NCBI GenBank assembly: GCA_028873515.1
Contig: JAGWIG010000008.1
Span: 5,723 to 69,722, forward strand
Direction of reading: 5' to 3'
DNA: 64,000 bases
Source: Pseudomonadota bacterium
GTDB taxonomy: Bacteria > Pseudomonadota > Gammaproteobacteria > Burkholderiales > REEB80
The position numbers and the translations under genes are program-made. Position 1 is the first letter of the stretch. Every line of letters begins with the position of its first letter. Shown piece by piece: positions 1 to 10,939 of the stretch. A model generated the notes under the pieces. It was not told where the DNA came from, did no database searches, and saw nothing but the letters and a program-made list of their open reading frames with translations.

Positions 1-281
1 CAGGCAAAGATAAAGGTCGGCGAGGAGTGGTATTGAGAGTCGTTGACAAGGGTGAAAAGCTGGTTGTTGAGGGGATAAACCGTGTAAAAAAACATGTTCG
101 GCCCAATCCGATCAAGAATATAAATGGCGGAATTGTCGAGCGTGAGGCTGCTGTTCATGTTTCTAATGTAGCGCTATGGAATTCAGTGGCCGGCAAGGGT
201 GACCGCGTCGGTTTCAAGACACTTGAGGACGGACGAAAAGTGCGGGTTTTCAAGTCAAATGGCGAAGTCATCGATGCGTGA
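1..281 (+). CDS. rplX: 50S ribosomal protein L24 (5' end cut by window edge)
   Basis: The frame starting at nt 3 reads [36 protein letters not shown]...[10 protein letters not shown], the KOW-type L24 pattern. It lies directly upstream of rplE as in spc operons. The tracked ORF 27-281 begins at an internal Met. Confidence 0.9.
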   Translation, partial: GKDKGRRGVVLRVVDKGEKLVVEGINRVKKHVRPNPIKNINGGIVEREAAVHVSNVALWNSVAGKGDRVGFKTLEDGRKVRVFKSNGEVIDA

Positions 282-291
282 GGGTGGAACA

Positions 292-831
292 ATGGCACGA
301 CTGAAAGAATTTTACAGAGAAAAAGTAGTGCTTCAACTGACCGAAAAATTTGGTTATTCTTCGGCGATGGAAGTGCCACGAATTGAAAAAATCACACTTA
401 ATATGGGTGTGGGAGATGCGGTGGCTGACAAGAAAGTCATGGATCATGCCGTATCAGATATGGAGAAAATATCAGGCCAAAAGGCAGTGGTTACCAAGGC
501 CCGCAAATCCATAGCCGGTTTCAAGATTCGTGAAGGGTACCCGATAGGATGCAAAGTTACGCTCCGTCGTGATCGCATGTATGAGTTTCTGGATCGGCTT
601 ATTTCCGTGGCTATTCCCCGTATCCGTGATTTTCGGGGGGTCTCGGGTAAATCTTTCGATGGTCGTGGTAATTACAACATGGGTGTCCGCGAACAGATCA
701 TTTTCCCTGAAATTGAGTATGACAAGATTGATAAACTCCGGGGTATGAACATAACCATCACGACAACGGCCAAAACGGATGAGGAAGCCCGCGCGCTTCT
801 GGCCGCTTTTAATTTTCCGTTCAAGAATTGA
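292..831 (+). CDS. rplE: 50S ribosomal protein L5
   Basis: [13 protein letters not shown]...[18 protein letters not shown] is canonical L5. The true ATG is at 292. The tracked ORF from 199 overlaps rplX and is an upstream extension. Confidence 0.95.
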   Translation: MARLKEFYREKVVLQLTEKFGYSSAMEVPRIEKITLNMGVGDAVADKKVMDHAVSDMEKISGQKAVVTKARKSIAGFKIREGYPIGCKVTLRRDRMYEFLDRLISVAIPRIRDFRGVSGKSFDGRGNYNMGVREQIIFPEIEYDKIDKLRGMNITITTTAKTDEEARALLAAFNFPFKN

Positions 832-838
832 GGGCAGT

Positions 839-1144
839 ATGGCAAAAATTTCACTGATTAACCGTGACCTGAAGCGGCGTGCGACTGTTGCCAAGTATGC
901 AACGCAGCGTGCCAGTCTTCTCGCTGTTATCCGTAACCCGGGATTGACCGATGAGGTACGCCAGGCTGCCCGGATTAAATTCCAGGCCCTTCCACGAGAT
1001 TCCAGTCCGGTTCGTTTGCGTAATCGATGCGCTTTGACCGGTCGCCCACGAGGCACGTTTCGTAAGTTCGGTCTTTCACGGTCCAAGGTTCGGGAGTTCG
1101 CCATGAAGGGCGAAATTCCTGGCATTATCAAAGCCAGCTGGTAA
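839..1144 (+). CDS. rpsN: 30S ribosomal protein S14 (long, 101-aa form)
   Basis: [20 protein letters not shown]...[11 protein letters not shown] is the S14 signature C-terminus. ATG at 839. The tracked ORF start at 779 is an extension. Confidence 0.95.
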   Translation: MAKISLINRDLKRRATVAKYATQRASLLAVIRNPGLTDEVRQAARIKFQALPRDSSPVRLRNRCALTGRPRGTFRKFGLSRSKVREFAMKGEIPGIIKASW

Positions 1145-1162
1145 TTAAGGAGACGATAGAAG

Positions 1163-1558
1163 ATGAGCATGAGTGATCCTATCGCCGATATGCTGACGCG
1201 TATCCGCAATGGCCAGCGGGCTGACAAGGTAAGCGTCTCGATGCCTTCGTCAAAGCTTAAAGTAGCCATTGCAAACGTGCTGAAGGCAGAAGGCTATCTT
1301 GAATCTGTTACTGTGCATGAAGCCGAAGGCAAGCCAGTACTCGAATTAGGTCTTAAATACTATGCCGGACGTCCAGTTATTGAAAAAATCGAGCGCGTTT
1401 CACGACCCGGGCTCAGGATTTATAAGGGTTCCAGTGAGATTCCGCGGGTCATGGGGGGGCTGGGAATTACCATCATGTCTACATCCCGTGGCGTCATGAC
1501 GGACCGTGGAGCGCGTGCAGCTGGCGTTGGCGGTGAAATCCTGTGTTATGTGGCATAA
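1163..1558 (+). CDS. rpsH: 30S ribosomal protein S8
   Basis: [17 protein letters not shown]...GGEILCYVA is canonical S8. Position matches the spc operon order. Confidence 0.95.
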   Translation: MSMSDPIADMLTRIRNGQRADKVSVSMPSSKLKVAIANVLKAEGYLESVTVHEAEGKPVLELGLKYYAGRPVIEKIERVSRPGLRIYKGSSEIPRVMGGLGITIMSTSRGVMTDRGARAAGVGGEILCYVA

Positions 1559-1572
1559 CGGAAGGGTAGAAC

Positions 1573-2106
1573 ATGTCAAGAATTGCTAAATACCCCGTCC
1601 CGTTACCTGGTAGTGTTCAGGTGGTGCTGGGGGAAAAGGATATTGTGGTCAAGGGACCCCTCGGTGAGGCACGCCAGGCCCTGTCTTCCAATGTAAGCGT
1701 TGTGCAGGAAGGTAAGGAACTTCGCTGTGCTGCAGTAGGAGACTCGATAGAGGCTAATGCCATGAGTGGCACTATGCGTGCACTTCTTGCCAACATGATC
1801 AAGGGTGTGTCGGTAGGATTCATGAAAAAATTGACTCTGGTCGGCGTGGGCTATCGTGCCCAGGCGAAAGGTGATGTGTTATCACTGGCCCTGGGTTATT
1901 CTCATCCCATTGAACATAAGATGCCAGAAGGTATCAAGGTAGAAACGCCCACGCAGACAGAAATTGTTATCAAGGGCATTGATAAGCAGAAGGTTGGTCA
2001 GGTGGCTGCTGAAGTTCGGGCATATCGTCGCCCCGAACCCTATAAAGGCAAAGGTGTTCGATATGCAGATGAAGTGGTAATCATCAAAGAGACCAAGAAG
2101 AAATAA
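1573..2106 (+). CDS. rplF: 50S ribosomal protein L6
   Basis: [12 protein letters not shown]...GVGYRA...[13 protein letters not shown] shows L6 motifs. Operon order is consistent. Confidence 0.95.
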   Translation: MSRIAKYPVPLPGSVQVVLGEKDIVVKGPLGEARQALSSNVSVVQEGKELRCAAVGDSIEANAMSGTMRALLANMIKGVSVGFMKKLTLVGVGYRAQAKGDVLSLALGYSHPIEHKMPEGIKVETPTQTEIVIKGIDKQKVGQVAAEVRAYRRPEPYKGKGVRYADEVVIIKETKKK

Positions 2107-2117
2107 GGGTAATTGTC

Positions 2118-2471
2118 ATGGACAAGAAAGAAGCTAGACTGCGTCGTGCACGTAAAACCCGTGCAAAGATTGCGCAGCTTAAGGTCGCACGTTTGACTGT
2201 GCATCGCAGTAATTGTCATATCTATGCACAGATTGTTGATGCATCGGGTGGGCGTGTCCTGGTTTCGGCTTCAACTGCCGAAACTGAAGTACGCAAGGAT
2301 TTGACAAATGGCGGTAATATTTCAGCTGCGGTCATTGTAGGCAAGCGTATTGCTGAAAAGGCAAAAAGTGCGGGTATTGAGCAGGTTGCATTTGATCGTT
2401 CCGGATTTAAATACCACGGACGCATCAAGGCATTAGCCGATGCCGCCCGTGAAAACGGGCTGGTATTCTGA
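2118..2471 (+). CDS. rplR: 50S ribosomal protein L18
   Basis: [12 protein letters not shown]...[14 protein letters not shown]...[26 protein letters not shown] is canonical L18. Confidence 0.95.
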   Translation: MDKKEARLRRARKTRAKIAQLKVARLTVHRSNCHIYAQIVDASGGRVLVSASTAETEVRKDLTNGGNISAAVIVGKRIAEKAKSAGIEQVAFDRSGFKYHGRIKALADAARENGLVF

Positions 2472-2481
2472 CGAGGTAATT

Positions 2482-2988
2482 ATGGCAAAAACAGATATGG
2501 AAGAACGCGGCGACGGTCTGCGGGAAAAGATGATTGCGGTCAACCGGGTGACGAAAGTGGTCAAGGGTGGACGTATCATGGGCTTTGCAGCACTGGTTGT
2601 AGTAGGTGATGGCGACGGTGGGATCGGAATGGGTAAAGGCAAGGCAAAGGAAGTTCCTGTTGCTGTGCAAAAAGCGATGGATGAAGCCCGTCGCAACATG
2701 GTTAAGATCTCGCTCAAGAATGGTACGCTCCATCATTCGGTTAATGGTGAACATGGTGCGGCGCGTGTGCATATGCAGCCCGCCTCGGACGGAACTGGCA
2801 TTATTGCCGGAGGACCAATGCGCGCTATATTTGATGTGATGGGTGTGCATAATATTCTTGCTAAAAGTTATGGGTCGCGAAATCCCTATAATATGGTTCG
2901 CGCTACACTCAATGGCCTTCAGGCCATGAATACCCCGTCTGAAGTCGCAGCAAAACGCGGCAAGACGGTTGAAGAAATTCTGGAGTAG
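2482..2988 (+). CDS. rpsE: 30S ribosomal protein S5
   Basis: [47 protein letters not shown] is the S5 dsRBD signature. ATG at 2482. The tracked ORF start at 2440 overlaps rplR. Confidence 0.95.
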   Translation: MAKTDMEERGDGLREKMIAVNRVTKVVKGGRIMGFAALVVVGDGDGGIGMGKGKAKEVPVAVQKAMDEARRNMVKISLKNGTLHHSVNGEHGAARVHMQPASDGTGIIAGGPMRAIFDVMGVHNILAKSYGSRNPYNMVRATLNGLQAMNTPSEVAAKRGKTVEEILE

Positions 2989-2994
2989 CCCACC

Positions 2995-3195
2995 ATGCCT
3001 AAGAAAAAGGAACAATCGGTAGCGAATCTTCGGGTGACGCTCGTCAAGAGTGTCATTGGTGCGATCGAATCGCAGCGGGCTACCGTGCGGGGATTGGGTA
3101 TCCGTCGCATGCATCAGACGGTTGAAGTTCGGAATACACCAGAAATTCGCGGGATGATAAACAAGGTCCGCCATCTGGTGAAATGCGAGGGTTGA
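2995..3195 (+). CDS. rpmD: 50S ribosomal protein L30
   Basis: A 66-aa protein: [34 protein letters not shown] is the L30 pattern, and it sits between rpsE and rplO. Confidence 0.92.
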   Translation: MPKKKEQSVANLRVTLVKSVIGAIESQRATVRGLGIRRMHQTVEVRNTPEIRGMINKVRHLVKCEG

Positions 3196-3198
3196 AAG

Positions 3199-3636
3199 AT
3201 GCAACTGAATACGATTAAACCTGCTTTGGGAGCCAAACGCGAAAAACGTCGTGTTGCCCGAGGTATAGGTTCTGGTTTGGGAAAAACTGCCGGTCGTGGG
3301 CATAAGGGTCAGAAATCACGGGCTGGAGGATTTCATAAAGTAGGCTTTGAAGGTGGACAGATGCCATTGCAGCGCCGGCTGCCCAAACGTGGATTTGTGT
3401 CCTTGACTGCGTCAGACACTGTGCAGGTCCGTTTGTCAGCGCTGGACAAGCTTCCGGTCGAACGCATTGATATGCTGGTACTCAAGCAGGCTGGAATTGT
3501 TCCGCATGGGGCGAGAGCGGCTAAGATATTTCTCTCTGGAACCATCGGAAGGAAAGTGATTCTTGCGGGGGGTCTGGCTGTAACCAAAGGTGCCAAAGCA
3601 GCGATTGAATCTGCTGGCGGCACGGTTGAAGGGTAA
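3199..3636 (+). CDS. rplO: 50S ribosomal protein L15
   Basis: [44 protein letters not shown] is the canonical L15 N-terminus. Confidence 0.95.
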   Translation: MQLNTIKPALGAKREKRRVARGIGSGLGKTAGRGHKGQKSRAGGFHKVGFEGGQMPLQRRLPKRGFVSLTASDTVQVRLSALDKLPVERIDMLVLKQAGIVPHGARAAKIFLSGTIGRKVILAGGLAVTKGAKAAIESAGGTVEG

Positions 3637-3644
3637 TTCCAACA

Positions 3645-4964
3645 TTGGCCAAACAGACTTCTATACCTGGTGCAAACAAGATGGGCGAGCTAAGACGGCG
3701 TTTGCTGTTTGTGCTTGGGGCGCTGATCGTCTATCGTATTGGCACGTTTATTCCGGTGCCGGGAATAGACCCGATCGTACTTGAACAGCTTTTTCGATCC
3801 CAGCAAAACGGGATCCTGGGTATGTTTAACATGTTTTCTGGTGGGGCTTTAAGAAGATTTTCGATTTTTGCCCTGGGGATCATGCCTTACATATCCTCAT
3901 CGATTATCATGCAGTTGATGACGACTGTTTCACCCAAGATGGAAGCATTGAAAAAAGAGGGTGAAGCGGGCCGTAAGACCATTACCAAATATACCCGCTG
4001 GGGAACGGTTGTTCTAGCCCTGTTCCAGGCATTGGGTATTGCTATTGCCCTTGAGCATCAGCCTCATCTGGTTCTTAATCCTGGCTTTGGTTTCAGGCTT
4101 ATTGCTGTGGTTTCACTCGTGACTGGAACGATGTTCCTGATGTGGCTGGGAGAACAGATTACTGAGCGTGGAGTAGGGAATGGAATCTCCCTGATTATAT
4201 TTGCGGGGATTGTTGCCGGGCTGCCGCACGCGGTGGGGGGCACGCTGGAATTGGCGCAGACTGGTGCATTTTCCATTCCAATCGTTCTGTTGCTCTTTGT
4301 TGGCACGATAGCCGTGACTGCTTTTGTAGTCTTTGTTGAGCGGGGGCAGCGTAAAATCCTGGTCAATTATGCAAAACGCCAGGTGGGTAACAAGCTTTAT
4401 GGCGGACAAAGTTCTCATTTGCCCTTGAAGATTAATATGTCTGGGGTTATACCACCGATCTTTGCTTCCAGCATCATTCTTTTTCCGGCGACATTGGCGG
4501 GATGGTTCGGCTCGAATGACAAGCTGTACTGGCTTAGGGATATTAGTGGAGCACTCTCTCCAGGACAGCCGCTCTATGTCATTATTTATACCGCAGCCAT
4601 TGTATTTTTCTGTTTCTTTTATACGGCTCTGGTTTTTAATCCGAAGGAAACGGCGGATAACCTGAAAAAAAGTGGTGCCTTTATTCCTGGCATACGGCCT
4701 GGCGATCAGACTGCGCGGTATATCGACAAAATCATGACACGGCTGACGCTGGCAGGGGCGGTATATGTTACGCTTGTATGCCTGTTGCCGGAATTTCTGA
4801 TTGTGGAATTGAACGTCCCTTTTTATTTCGGGGGAACATCTTTGCTGATTATCGTTGTGGTAGTTATGGATTTTATGGCCCAGATACAGGCCTATCTGAT
4901 GTCTCGCCAGTATGAGAGCCTGCTCCGCCGCGCAAATTTCAAGGGCGGCATGACGCCACGCTGA
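3645..4964 (+). CDS. secY: Preprotein translocase subunit SecY
   Basis: 439 aa and colinear with E. coli SecY (MAKQ..., [65 protein letters not shown]). TTG start at 3645 gives the conserved MAKQ N-terminus. Confidence 0.97.
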   Translation: MAKQTSIPGANKMGELRRRLLFVLGALIVYRIGTFIPVPGIDPIVLEQLFRSQQNGILGMFNMFSGGALRRFSIFALGIMPYISSSIIMQLMTTVSPKMEALKKEGEAGRKTITKYTRWGTVVLALFQALGIAIALEHQPHLVLNPGFGFRLIAVVSLVTGTMFLMWLGEQITERGVGNGISLIIFAGIVAGLPHAVGGTLELAQTGAFSIPIVLLLFVGTIAVTAFVVFVERGQRKILVNYAKRQVGNKLYGGQSSHLPLKINMSGVIPPIFASSIILFPATLAGWFGSNDKLYWLRDISGALSPGQPLYVIIYTAAIVFFCFFYTALVFNPKETADNLKKSGAFIPGIRPGDQTARYIDKIMTRLTLAGAVYVTLVCLLPEFLIVELNVPFYFGGTSLLIIVVVVMDFMAQIQAYLMSRQYESLLRRANFKGGMTPR

Positions 4965-4984
4965 TAAAGTTAACTGGACGAAAA

Positions 4985-5203
4985 ATGGCAAAGGAAGATA
5001 CGATTGAAATGCAGGGAGAAGTTCTGGAAACCCTGCCGAATGCAACGTTTCGCGTCAAGCTTGAAAACGGCCATGTCGTGCTGGGCTATATTTCGGGCAA
5101 GATGCGGATGCACTATATCCGTATTTTGCCTGGTGACAAGGTGACTGTTGAGTTGACGCCGTATGATCTGACTCGTGCACGGATTACTTTCCGCGCGAAA
5201 TAA
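4985..5203 (+). CDS. infA: Translation initiation factor IF-1
   Basis: 72 aa: [70 protein letters not shown] is near-identical to the IF-1 consensus. Confidence 0.97.
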   Translation: MAKEDTIEMQGEVLETLPNATFRVKLENGHVVLGYISGKMRMHYIRILPGDKVTVELTPYDLTRARITFRAK

Positions 5204-5253
5204 CCGTTGGGTTCACTGGATGAATGTTTAGTCCGGTGATTGAAGGAGGTAAT

Positions 5254-5367
5254 ATGAAGGTTCGTGCAGCTATCAAAAAAATGTGCCGTCATTGCAAAAT
5301 GGTCAAACGGCAGGGTGTGCTTAGGGTAATTTGTTCTGATCCTAGGCATAAGCAGCGCCAAGGTTGA
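5254..5367 (+). CDS. rpmJ: 50S ribosomal protein L36 (Zn-ribbon form)
   Basis: Absent from the ORF track because it is 37 aa. My translation is [42 protein letters not shown] lies 5 nt upstream. It has the C-x2-C...C-x4-H ligands and sits between infA and rpsM. Confidence 0.93.
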   Translation: MKVRAAIKKMCRHCKMVKRQGVLRVICSDPRHKQRQG

Positions 5368-5430
5368 TATCAGGCTATTACAATGATAGAATTTCGAGTT
5401 TTTAATAATTATTGCTGCTGGGAGTAGAGC

Positions 5431-5799
5431 ATGGCCCGCATAGCCGGGGTGAATATCCCCAATCATCAACATACCGAAATTGCGCTGACTGCTATTTATG
5501 GCATCGGACGTACTCGTGCCCGCCTTATTTGTGCTGATGCGGGAATTGAGCCCTCGAAGAAAATCAAGGATCTTGATGATGCTGCGATGGAAAGGCTTCG
5601 TGATGCGGTAGCAAAATTCACCGTTGAAGGTGATTTGCGCCGGGAAGTGACCATGAACATCAAGCGACTCATTGATCTGGGTTGCTATCGCGGTCTCAGG
5701 CATCGTCGAGGCTTGCCTGTGCGTGGCCAGCGTACGCGGACTAATGCCCGCACCCGCAAGGGACCGCGTAAAGCGATCCGAGCGGCAATCGCCAAGTAA
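5431..5799 (+). CDS. rpsM: 30S ribosomal protein S13
   Basis: [30 protein letters not shown]...[25 protein letters not shown] is canonical S13. Confidence 0.96.
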   Translation: MARIAGVNIPNHQHTEIALTAIYGIGRTRARLICADAGIEPSKKIKDLDDAAMERLRDAVAKFTVEGDLRREVTMNIKRLIDLGCYRGLRHRRGLPVRGQRTRTNARTRKGPRKAIRAAIAK

Positions 5800-5813
5800 A
5801 GGAATCATGATTT

Positions 5814-6203
5814 ATGGCAAAAACTAATGTACGGGTGCGTAAGAAGGTAAAAAAGAATGTGGCTGAAGGTATTGCCCACATTCATGCTTCCTTCAACAAC
5901 ACTATCGTGACCATTACCGATAGACAGGGTAATGCCCTGGCTTGGGCAACTTCGGGTGGCGCGGGTTTCCGCGGCTCTCGTAAAAGCACCCCTTTTGCAG
6001 CTCAGATGGCAGCAGAAGCTGCAGGCAAGGCTGCCCAGGAATATGGTGTCAAGAATCTCGAAGTCAAAATCAAGGGTCCGGGTCCCGGTCGCGAGTCGGC
6101 GGTACGTGCGCTGAACTCAGTCGGATTCAAGATTACGGGCATTTCCGATGTGACGCCTATCCCGCATAACGGGTGCCGTCCTCCCAAGAAACGCCGCATT
6201 TAA
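5814..6203 (+). CDS. rpsK: 30S ribosomal protein S11
   Basis: [30 protein letters not shown]...[23 protein letters not shown] is canonical S11. Confidence 0.96.
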   Translation: MAKTNVRVRKKVKKNVAEGIAHIHASFNNTIVTITDRQGNALAWATSGGAGFRGSRKSTPFAAQMAAEAAGKAAQEYGVKNLEVKIKGPGPGRESAVRALNSVGFKITGISDVTPIPHNGCRPPKKRRI

Positions 6204-6219
6204 TTTCAGGAGAGTGATT

Positions 6220-6849
6220 TTGGCTCGCAACCTCGATCCCAAATGTCGCCAGTGCCGCCGTGAAGGCGAAAAGTTATTTCTCAAGGCGGAGAAGTGTTTT
6301 ACTGATAAATGTGCTGTAGAGCGCAGGAACTATGCACCGGGTCAGCATGGACAGAAGCAGTCTGGCCGCTTGTCGGATTACGGCGCTCAATTACGTGAGA
6401 AACAGAAGTTACGTCGTATCTATGGCATTCTTGAAGGACAGTTCAAGGGTTATTACGTGGCAGCAGATCGTGGTAAAGGGGTGACCGGCGAGCGCCTGCT
6501 CCAGCTTCTTGAGTCACGTCTGGATAATGTCGCCTATCGTATGGGTTTTGGCGGTTCGCGCACGGAAGCACGTCAGATAGTGCGCCATAATGGTGTATTG
6601 GTGAATGGCCGCCGTGTAAATATTCCTTCTTTCCAGGTGCGTGCCGGTGATGTGGTGGAAATCACGGAAAAGGCAAAGCTCCATTTGCGTATCAAGGCTG
6701 CAGTGGAAGCTGCGGCTGCCCGAGGATATCCTGATTGGATTGAAGTCGATGCCAAGGCACTCAAGGGTACTTACAAGGCTAAGCCGGCTCGTGCCGACCT
6801 GCCCCCAACTATCAACGAGCATCTGGTGGTCGAGCTCTATTCGAAGTAA
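6220..6849 (+). CDS. rpsD: 30S ribosomal protein S4
   Basis: (M)[21 protein letters not shown]...[34 protein letters not shown] is the S4 pattern. TTG at 6220 restores the conserved MAR N-terminus and sits 6 nt after AGGAGA. The tracked GTG at 6214 is the alternative start. Confidence 0.93.
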   Translation: MARNLDPKCRQCRREGEKLFLKAEKCFTDKCAVERRNYAPGQHGQKQSGRLSDYGAQLREKQKLRRIYGILEGQFKGYYVAADRGKGVTGERLLQLLESRLDNVAYRMGFGGSRTEARQIVRHNGVLVNGRRVNIPSFQVRAGDVVEITEKAKLHLRIKAAVEAAAARGYPDWIEVDAKALKGTYKAKPARADLPPTINEHLVVELYSK

Positions 6850-6879
6850 CCGGTGAGCGATAAGTCAGAGGACAAATTC

Positions 6880-7860
6880 ATGCATACCAGCGCAGATTTT
6901 CTTAAACCCCGTGTGGTCGATGTCGAAGGCATGTCGTCCGTGCGCGCACGAATTGTCATGGAGCCCTTCGAGCGTGGCTATGGGCATACCCTGGGCAATG
7001 CGCTTCGTCGCATCCTTCTGTCTTCCATGCCAGGTTATGCCATTACGCAGGTAAAGATTTCAGGTGTCGTCCATGAGTATTCAACGATTGAGGGGGTGCA
7101 GGAAGATGTAGTTGACCTGCTTCTTAATCTCAAGGGTGTTGCCCTTAAACTGCACAATCGTGATGAAGCATTGCTGACCTTGACCGTAGAAGGTGAAGGG
7201 CTTGCGACAGCAGCAGATATCAAGAGTGGCGCAGATATTGAAATCGTGAACCCTGATCATGTGATTGCGCATCTGACCAAGGGCGGTCGCCTTGATATGG
7301 AGCTGAAAGTCGAAAAAGGGCGTGGATACCAACCTGTGCCGGTACGGAAAATGGAAACGGAATCACGCCAAATTGGTGCGATCATGCTTGATGCATCTTT
7401 TTCACCTGTCCGCCGGGTTAGCTATTCGGTTGAAAGTGCCCGTGTCGAGCAACGTACTGATCTTGACAAGCTTATCATGGACATTGAAACAAACGGGATT
7501 ATCGAACCTGAAGAGGCTGTGCGCTATGCTGCACGCATTCTAGTCGATCAACTCTCCGTGTTTGCAGACCTGAAGGGCACGCCACAAGAAGTTGAGGTAC
7601 CGAAAGCTGCCCAGGTTGATCCGATCCTGATGAGACCTGTAGATGATCTTGAGTTGACCGTCCGCTCGGCAAACTGCCTTAAGGCAGAGAATATTTATTA
7701 TATTGGTGATCTAATCCAACGTTCTGAAACAGAGCTCCTGAAGACTCCGAACCTGGGTCGTAAATCACTGAATGAAATCAAGGATGTCCTTGCCTCAAAA
7801 GGGCTTACGCTGGGCATGAAACTGGAAAACTGGCCGCCTGCTGGAGTTGAAAAGGCGTAA
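6880..7860 (+). CDS. rpoA: DNA-directed RNA polymerase subunit alpha
   Basis: [10 protein letters not shown]...[15 protein letters not shown]...[44 protein letters not shown] covers the alpha NTD and CTD. ATG at 6880 has GAGG upstream and gives 326 aa. The tracked GTG at 6853 is less likely. Confidence 0.95.
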   Translation: MHTSADFLKPRVVDVEGMSSVRARIVMEPFERGYGHTLGNALRRILLSSMPGYAITQVKISGVVHEYSTIEGVQEDVVDLLLNLKGVALKLHNRDEALLTLTVEGEGLATAADIKSGADIEIVNPDHVIAHLTKGGRLDMELKVEKGRGYQPVPVRKMETESRQIGAIMLDASFSPVRRVSYSVESARVEQRTDLDKLIMDIETNGIIEPEEAVRYAARILVDQLSVFADLKGTPQEVEVPKAAQVDPILMRPVDDLELTVRSANCLKAENIYYIGDLIQRSETELLKTPNLGRKSLNEIKDVLASKGLTLGMKLENWPPAGVEKA

Positions 7861-7872
7861 GAAAGGGTAATC

Positions 7873-8274
7873 ATGCGTCACCGCTTATCAAATCGCAAAC
7901 TGAACCGGACGAGCAGCCATCGACTGGCAATGTTGCGTAATATGGCTAATGCGCTCCTGCGTCACGAGATCATAAAGACCACCCTACCCAAAGCCAAAGA
8001 ATTGCGCCGTGTTGCAGAGCCATTGATTACCTTGGGGAAAAAACCGACTCTTGCCAATCGTCGGCTAGCCTTTGACCGCCTGAGGGATCGGGAAATGGTT
8101 GTGAAACTGTTTGATGATCTTGGTCCGCGCTTTGCCTCCCGTAACGGGGGTTATCTACGTATTCTGAAATGTGGGTTTCGCGTTGGAGACAATGCCCCAA
8201 TCGCTTTGGTTGAGCTTGTTGATCGTCGTGAAGAGCCGGAAGCAGAAAAAGAACAACAGGCAAAGACTGAATAA
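7873..8274 (+). CDS. rplQ: 50S ribosomal protein L17
   Basis: [56 protein letters not shown] is canonical L17 and the last gene of the alpha operon. Confidence 0.96.
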   Translation: MRHRLSNRKLNRTSSHRLAMLRNMANALLRHEIIKTTLPKAKELRRVAEPLITLGKKPTLANRRLAFDRLRDREMVVKLFDDLGPRFASRNGGYLRILKCGFRVGDNAPIALVELVDRREEPEAEKEQQAKTE

Positions 8275-8312
8275 AGCGGCCAGGTTTTTAAGGTCGTTAG
8301 ATGAATTACAGG

Positions 8313-8346
8313 AAAGGCCGCGTCAAATAGACGCGGCCTTTTTTCT
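8313..8346 (+). terminator. Rho-independent terminator of the alpha operon
   Basis: GGCCGCGT(8316-8323)/ACGCGGCC(8331-8338) form a perfect stem with a short loop. A T6 run follows and three A residues precede. Confidence 0.8.
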
Positions 8347-8521
8347 CTTGAAAACCAGTTTTTCTGCAGAATAAGGCCTGTCATTTCTATATTTTTATGT
8401 ATCCTGATGTTTTCAATAATCAAAATGATGATAGACTGTTCTTGTAACAAGATTATCTATTTGAATATGGCAAGTGTTGAGCACCCGAGCATTCCATACA
8501 GGCAAAAAAAAATAGAAAGGA

Positions 8522-10933
8522 ATGGCAGCGAATTATCGGTCTATCAGTTCAGTTAACTTTCCGAACCAGATTCTGGAAGTGCGCGCTGAACAAATACGCC
8601 TACTTTATCGGAGCAGTCCCGGAATTTATCTTGGCGGCCTGTTTGGTCTGTTACTTACTGTTTTTCTTCTTCGCAATACAATTTCTCATCCTGTACTCGC
8701 CATCTGGGGTGGCTCATTTCTGCTCCTTACCCTGCTTCGGTGGGGGTTAAGTCTTTCTTATTGGCGAGCTTCTCCTAATCCTGAAGCATCCCGGGCCTGG
8801 GGAAGGCGTATGGTATTTGGCTGTTTTGTTTCGGGTGTCATCTGGGCCTCAGCTTCTTATTGCCTGTATGTGCCTGGTTCCCTTTTGTACCAGACCTATC
8901 TCATATTGATTATCTGTGGCCTGCTTGCAGGTTCGGTAAGCTCCCTTGCAGTCTATATGCCTGCTTATATGGCGTTTTCCTTTACAACGGGATTACCCTT
9001 TGCCCTGCGCTTGATAGTAGGTAATAACCTGAGTACTCCGGGTGGGGCTGTCACGTTTGACCTTGGAATGCTTTTATTCGCTTTTATGGTGGTCATGTTC
9101 TTTTTTGCCGTGAATACCCAGCGTACGATTATTGAGTCCCTGCTCTATCGATTCAGGAATCTCGACTTGATTGAGACCCTGAAAACCCAGATGGAAGAGA
9201 CTAAGCAGGTGAATATCAATCTTAAGCAGGAAATCTTTGTGCGGGAGCAGGCAGAAGGTCGGCTGCAACTGACATACAAGATGATGGAGCATACCGCAGA
9301 AGGGGTTATGGCGCTTGATATCCACCATATCATATTATGGGTGAATGCGGCTTTTAGCCGGTTAACTGGTTACAACTTTTCTGCTTCAGTCGGAAAGAAC
9401 TTTAATTTTCTGCTGCACGACACGACCATAAGTGAACTTGCCTTGACAAAGCTTGCTGAATCCGGGCACTGGGAAGGAGAGGTAAACATCAAACGGGATG
9501 ATGGCACGGTTTTCCCAGGTTATGTCAGCATTACAGTCGTTCCAAATGAGGCGGGAGAACCTGAGCATCATGTCATTGTTTTGACAGATTTTACACAAAA
9601 GAAGGCGCAGGAGGCAAACATCAGGTACCTTGCTACGCATGATACGCTGACGCAATTGCCAAACCGGGCATTTTTTGAAGGTAATCTTGAAGCTGCACTT
9701 ACTCGTGCCCGGCGCCATAAAAACCGGGTAGCCCTGCTTTTCATTGATCTGGACCAGTTCAAGCGGATCAATGATGCGCTGGGTCACCCTGTGGGAGATG
9801 AAATTCTAGTACGGGTTGCGGGTAGATTGCGTGATAGCCTGAGAGATGCTGATGCTGTTTCCAGGTTCGGAGGGGATGAATTTACAATTATTCTGGAACA
9901 TTTCAATGAAATAAAGGATGTTGAAACGGTCGCAAGGAAGGTCTGTACAAGTTTATCAAGGCCATTTTTTATCGATGGACATGAGCTGGTTCTAACGCCG
10001 TCCATCGGCATCAGTCTCTTTCCGGATGATTGTGATGATGCTCATACGCTGGTGAAATACAGTGATATTGCCATGTATGAAGTGAAAACAGAAGGACGTA
10101 ATTCCTGGCGTTTCTATAGCCCGGACATGACCGGAAATATTCTAGAACACCTGTCCCTTGAGAGTGCTTTGCGAGGCGCGCTGAAACGGCATGAGCTTCA
10201 GCTGTGCTATCAGCCAAGGGTAGACCTTCAAACCCGGAAGATCAGGGGGTTTGAGGCCCTCCTTCGCTGGAATCATTCCCAGCATGGATTACTGGAGCCG
10301 GAAAGTTTTATTGCACTTGCTGAAGAGACTGGCCTTATCCTGGCCATGGGCGAGTGGGTGCTTGCAGAAGCAAGTCGTCAATGCAGGATTTGGCATTCAC
10401 ACGGTTTTCCGGGGATGTCTATTGCTGTTAATCTTTCGCCCCGCCAGTTCCGGGATCGTGGACTTATCAAGACTATTCGACATATTCTGCATCAGACTGG
10501 ATTAACTCCAGGTTATCTTGAACTTGAATTGACAGAATCTGCAGTCATGTCGAATGCTAATGATGCAATCGAGGTTGTGAAACAGTTAAGGGAGCTGGGT
10601 GTTGGTGTACAAATTGATGATTTTGGAACGGGGTATTCAAGTCTTGAGTATCTGAAGCTTTTTCCAATTGATGCAATCAAGATTGATCGTTCCTTTATCA
10701 TGAATTGTCATCTTAATCCTAGTGATGCCGCAATTACCCAGGCTGTGATTCGTCTGGGTCATAGCCTGAAACTGCGGGTTATTGCAGAAGGCGTTGAAAA
10801 TCTCGAGCAGCTTCAATTGTTGATTATGGAAGGCTGCGACGAGATTCAGGGCTATTTATATTCAAAACCCCTGCTTGCAGAAGAAACCTTGTTGTTTCTT
10901 CGCAATTTCGAGGTTCAGGAAACACTTTTCTAG
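8522..10933 (+). CDS. Membrane-anchored PAS-GGDEF-EAL c-di-GMP signalling protein
   Basis: 803 aa. The first ~210 aa are multi-TM, followed by a coiled coil and a PAS domain (AEGVMALDIHHIILWVNAAFSRLTGY). The GGDEF domain has RFGGDEF with an RDAD I-site 5 residues upstream. The EAL domain has EALLRW, DDFGTGYSSL, KIDRSF, EGVE and QGY. Confidence 0.9.
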   Translation: MAANYRSISSVNFPNQILEVRAEQIRLLYRSSPGIYLGGLFGLLLTVFLLRNTISHPVLAIWGGSFLLLTLLRWGLSLSYWRASPNPEASRAWGRRMVFGCFVSGVIWASASYCLYVPGSLLYQTYLILIICGLLAGSVSSLAVYMPAYMAFSFTTGLPFALRLIVGNNLSTPGGAVTFDLGMLLFAFMVVMFFFAVNTQRTIIESLLYRFRNLDLIETLKTQMEETKQVNINLKQEIFVREQAEGRLQLTYKMMEHTAEGVMALDIHHIILWVNAAFSRLTGYNFSASVGKNFNFLLHDTTISELALTKLAESGHWEGEVNIKRDDGTVFPGYVSITVVPNEAGEPEHHVIVLTDFTQKKAQEANIRYLATHDTLTQLPNRAFFEGNLEAALTRARRHKNRVALLFIDLDQFKRINDALGHPVGDEILVRVAGRLRDSLRDADAVSRFGGDEFTIILEHFNEIKDVETVARKVCTSLSRPFFIDGHELVLTPSIGISLFPDDCDDAHTLVKYSDIAMYEVKTEGRNSWRFYSPDMTGNILEHLSLESALRGALKRHELQLCYQPRVDLQTRKIRGFEALLRWNHSQHGLLEPESFIALAEETGLILAMGEWVLAEASRQCRIWHSHGFPGMSIAVNLSPRQFRDRGLIKTIRHILHQTGLTPGYLELELTESAVMSNANDAIEVVKQLRELGVGVQIDDFGTGYSSLEYLKLFPIDAIKIDRSFIMNCHLNPSDAAITQAVIRLGHSLKLRVIAEGVENLEQLQLLIMEGCDEIQGYLYSKPLLAEETLLFLRNFEVQETLF

Positions 10934-10939
10934 AGGTGT

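Noticed and set aside
199-291. N-terminal extensions of tracked ORFs: rplE 199, rpsN 779, rpsE 2440, rpoA 6853, Gre-like 22992, sufT 38630, sufU 39133, sufC 42420, triple-repeat protein 47979, crcB 60649.
   Set aside because: The extensions overlap upstream genes or a riboswitch and lack homology. Internal starts restore the conserved N-termini and have Shine-Dalgarno sequences.
4113-5045. A 310-aa ORF antisense to secY. Similar long antisense ORFs lie at 472-1269, 2425-3303, 5113-5808, 58078-58698, 60519-61082 and 62149-62883.
   Set aside because: Each one overlaps a strongly supported gene on the other strand and has no recognisable domain. They are artefacts of codon bias.
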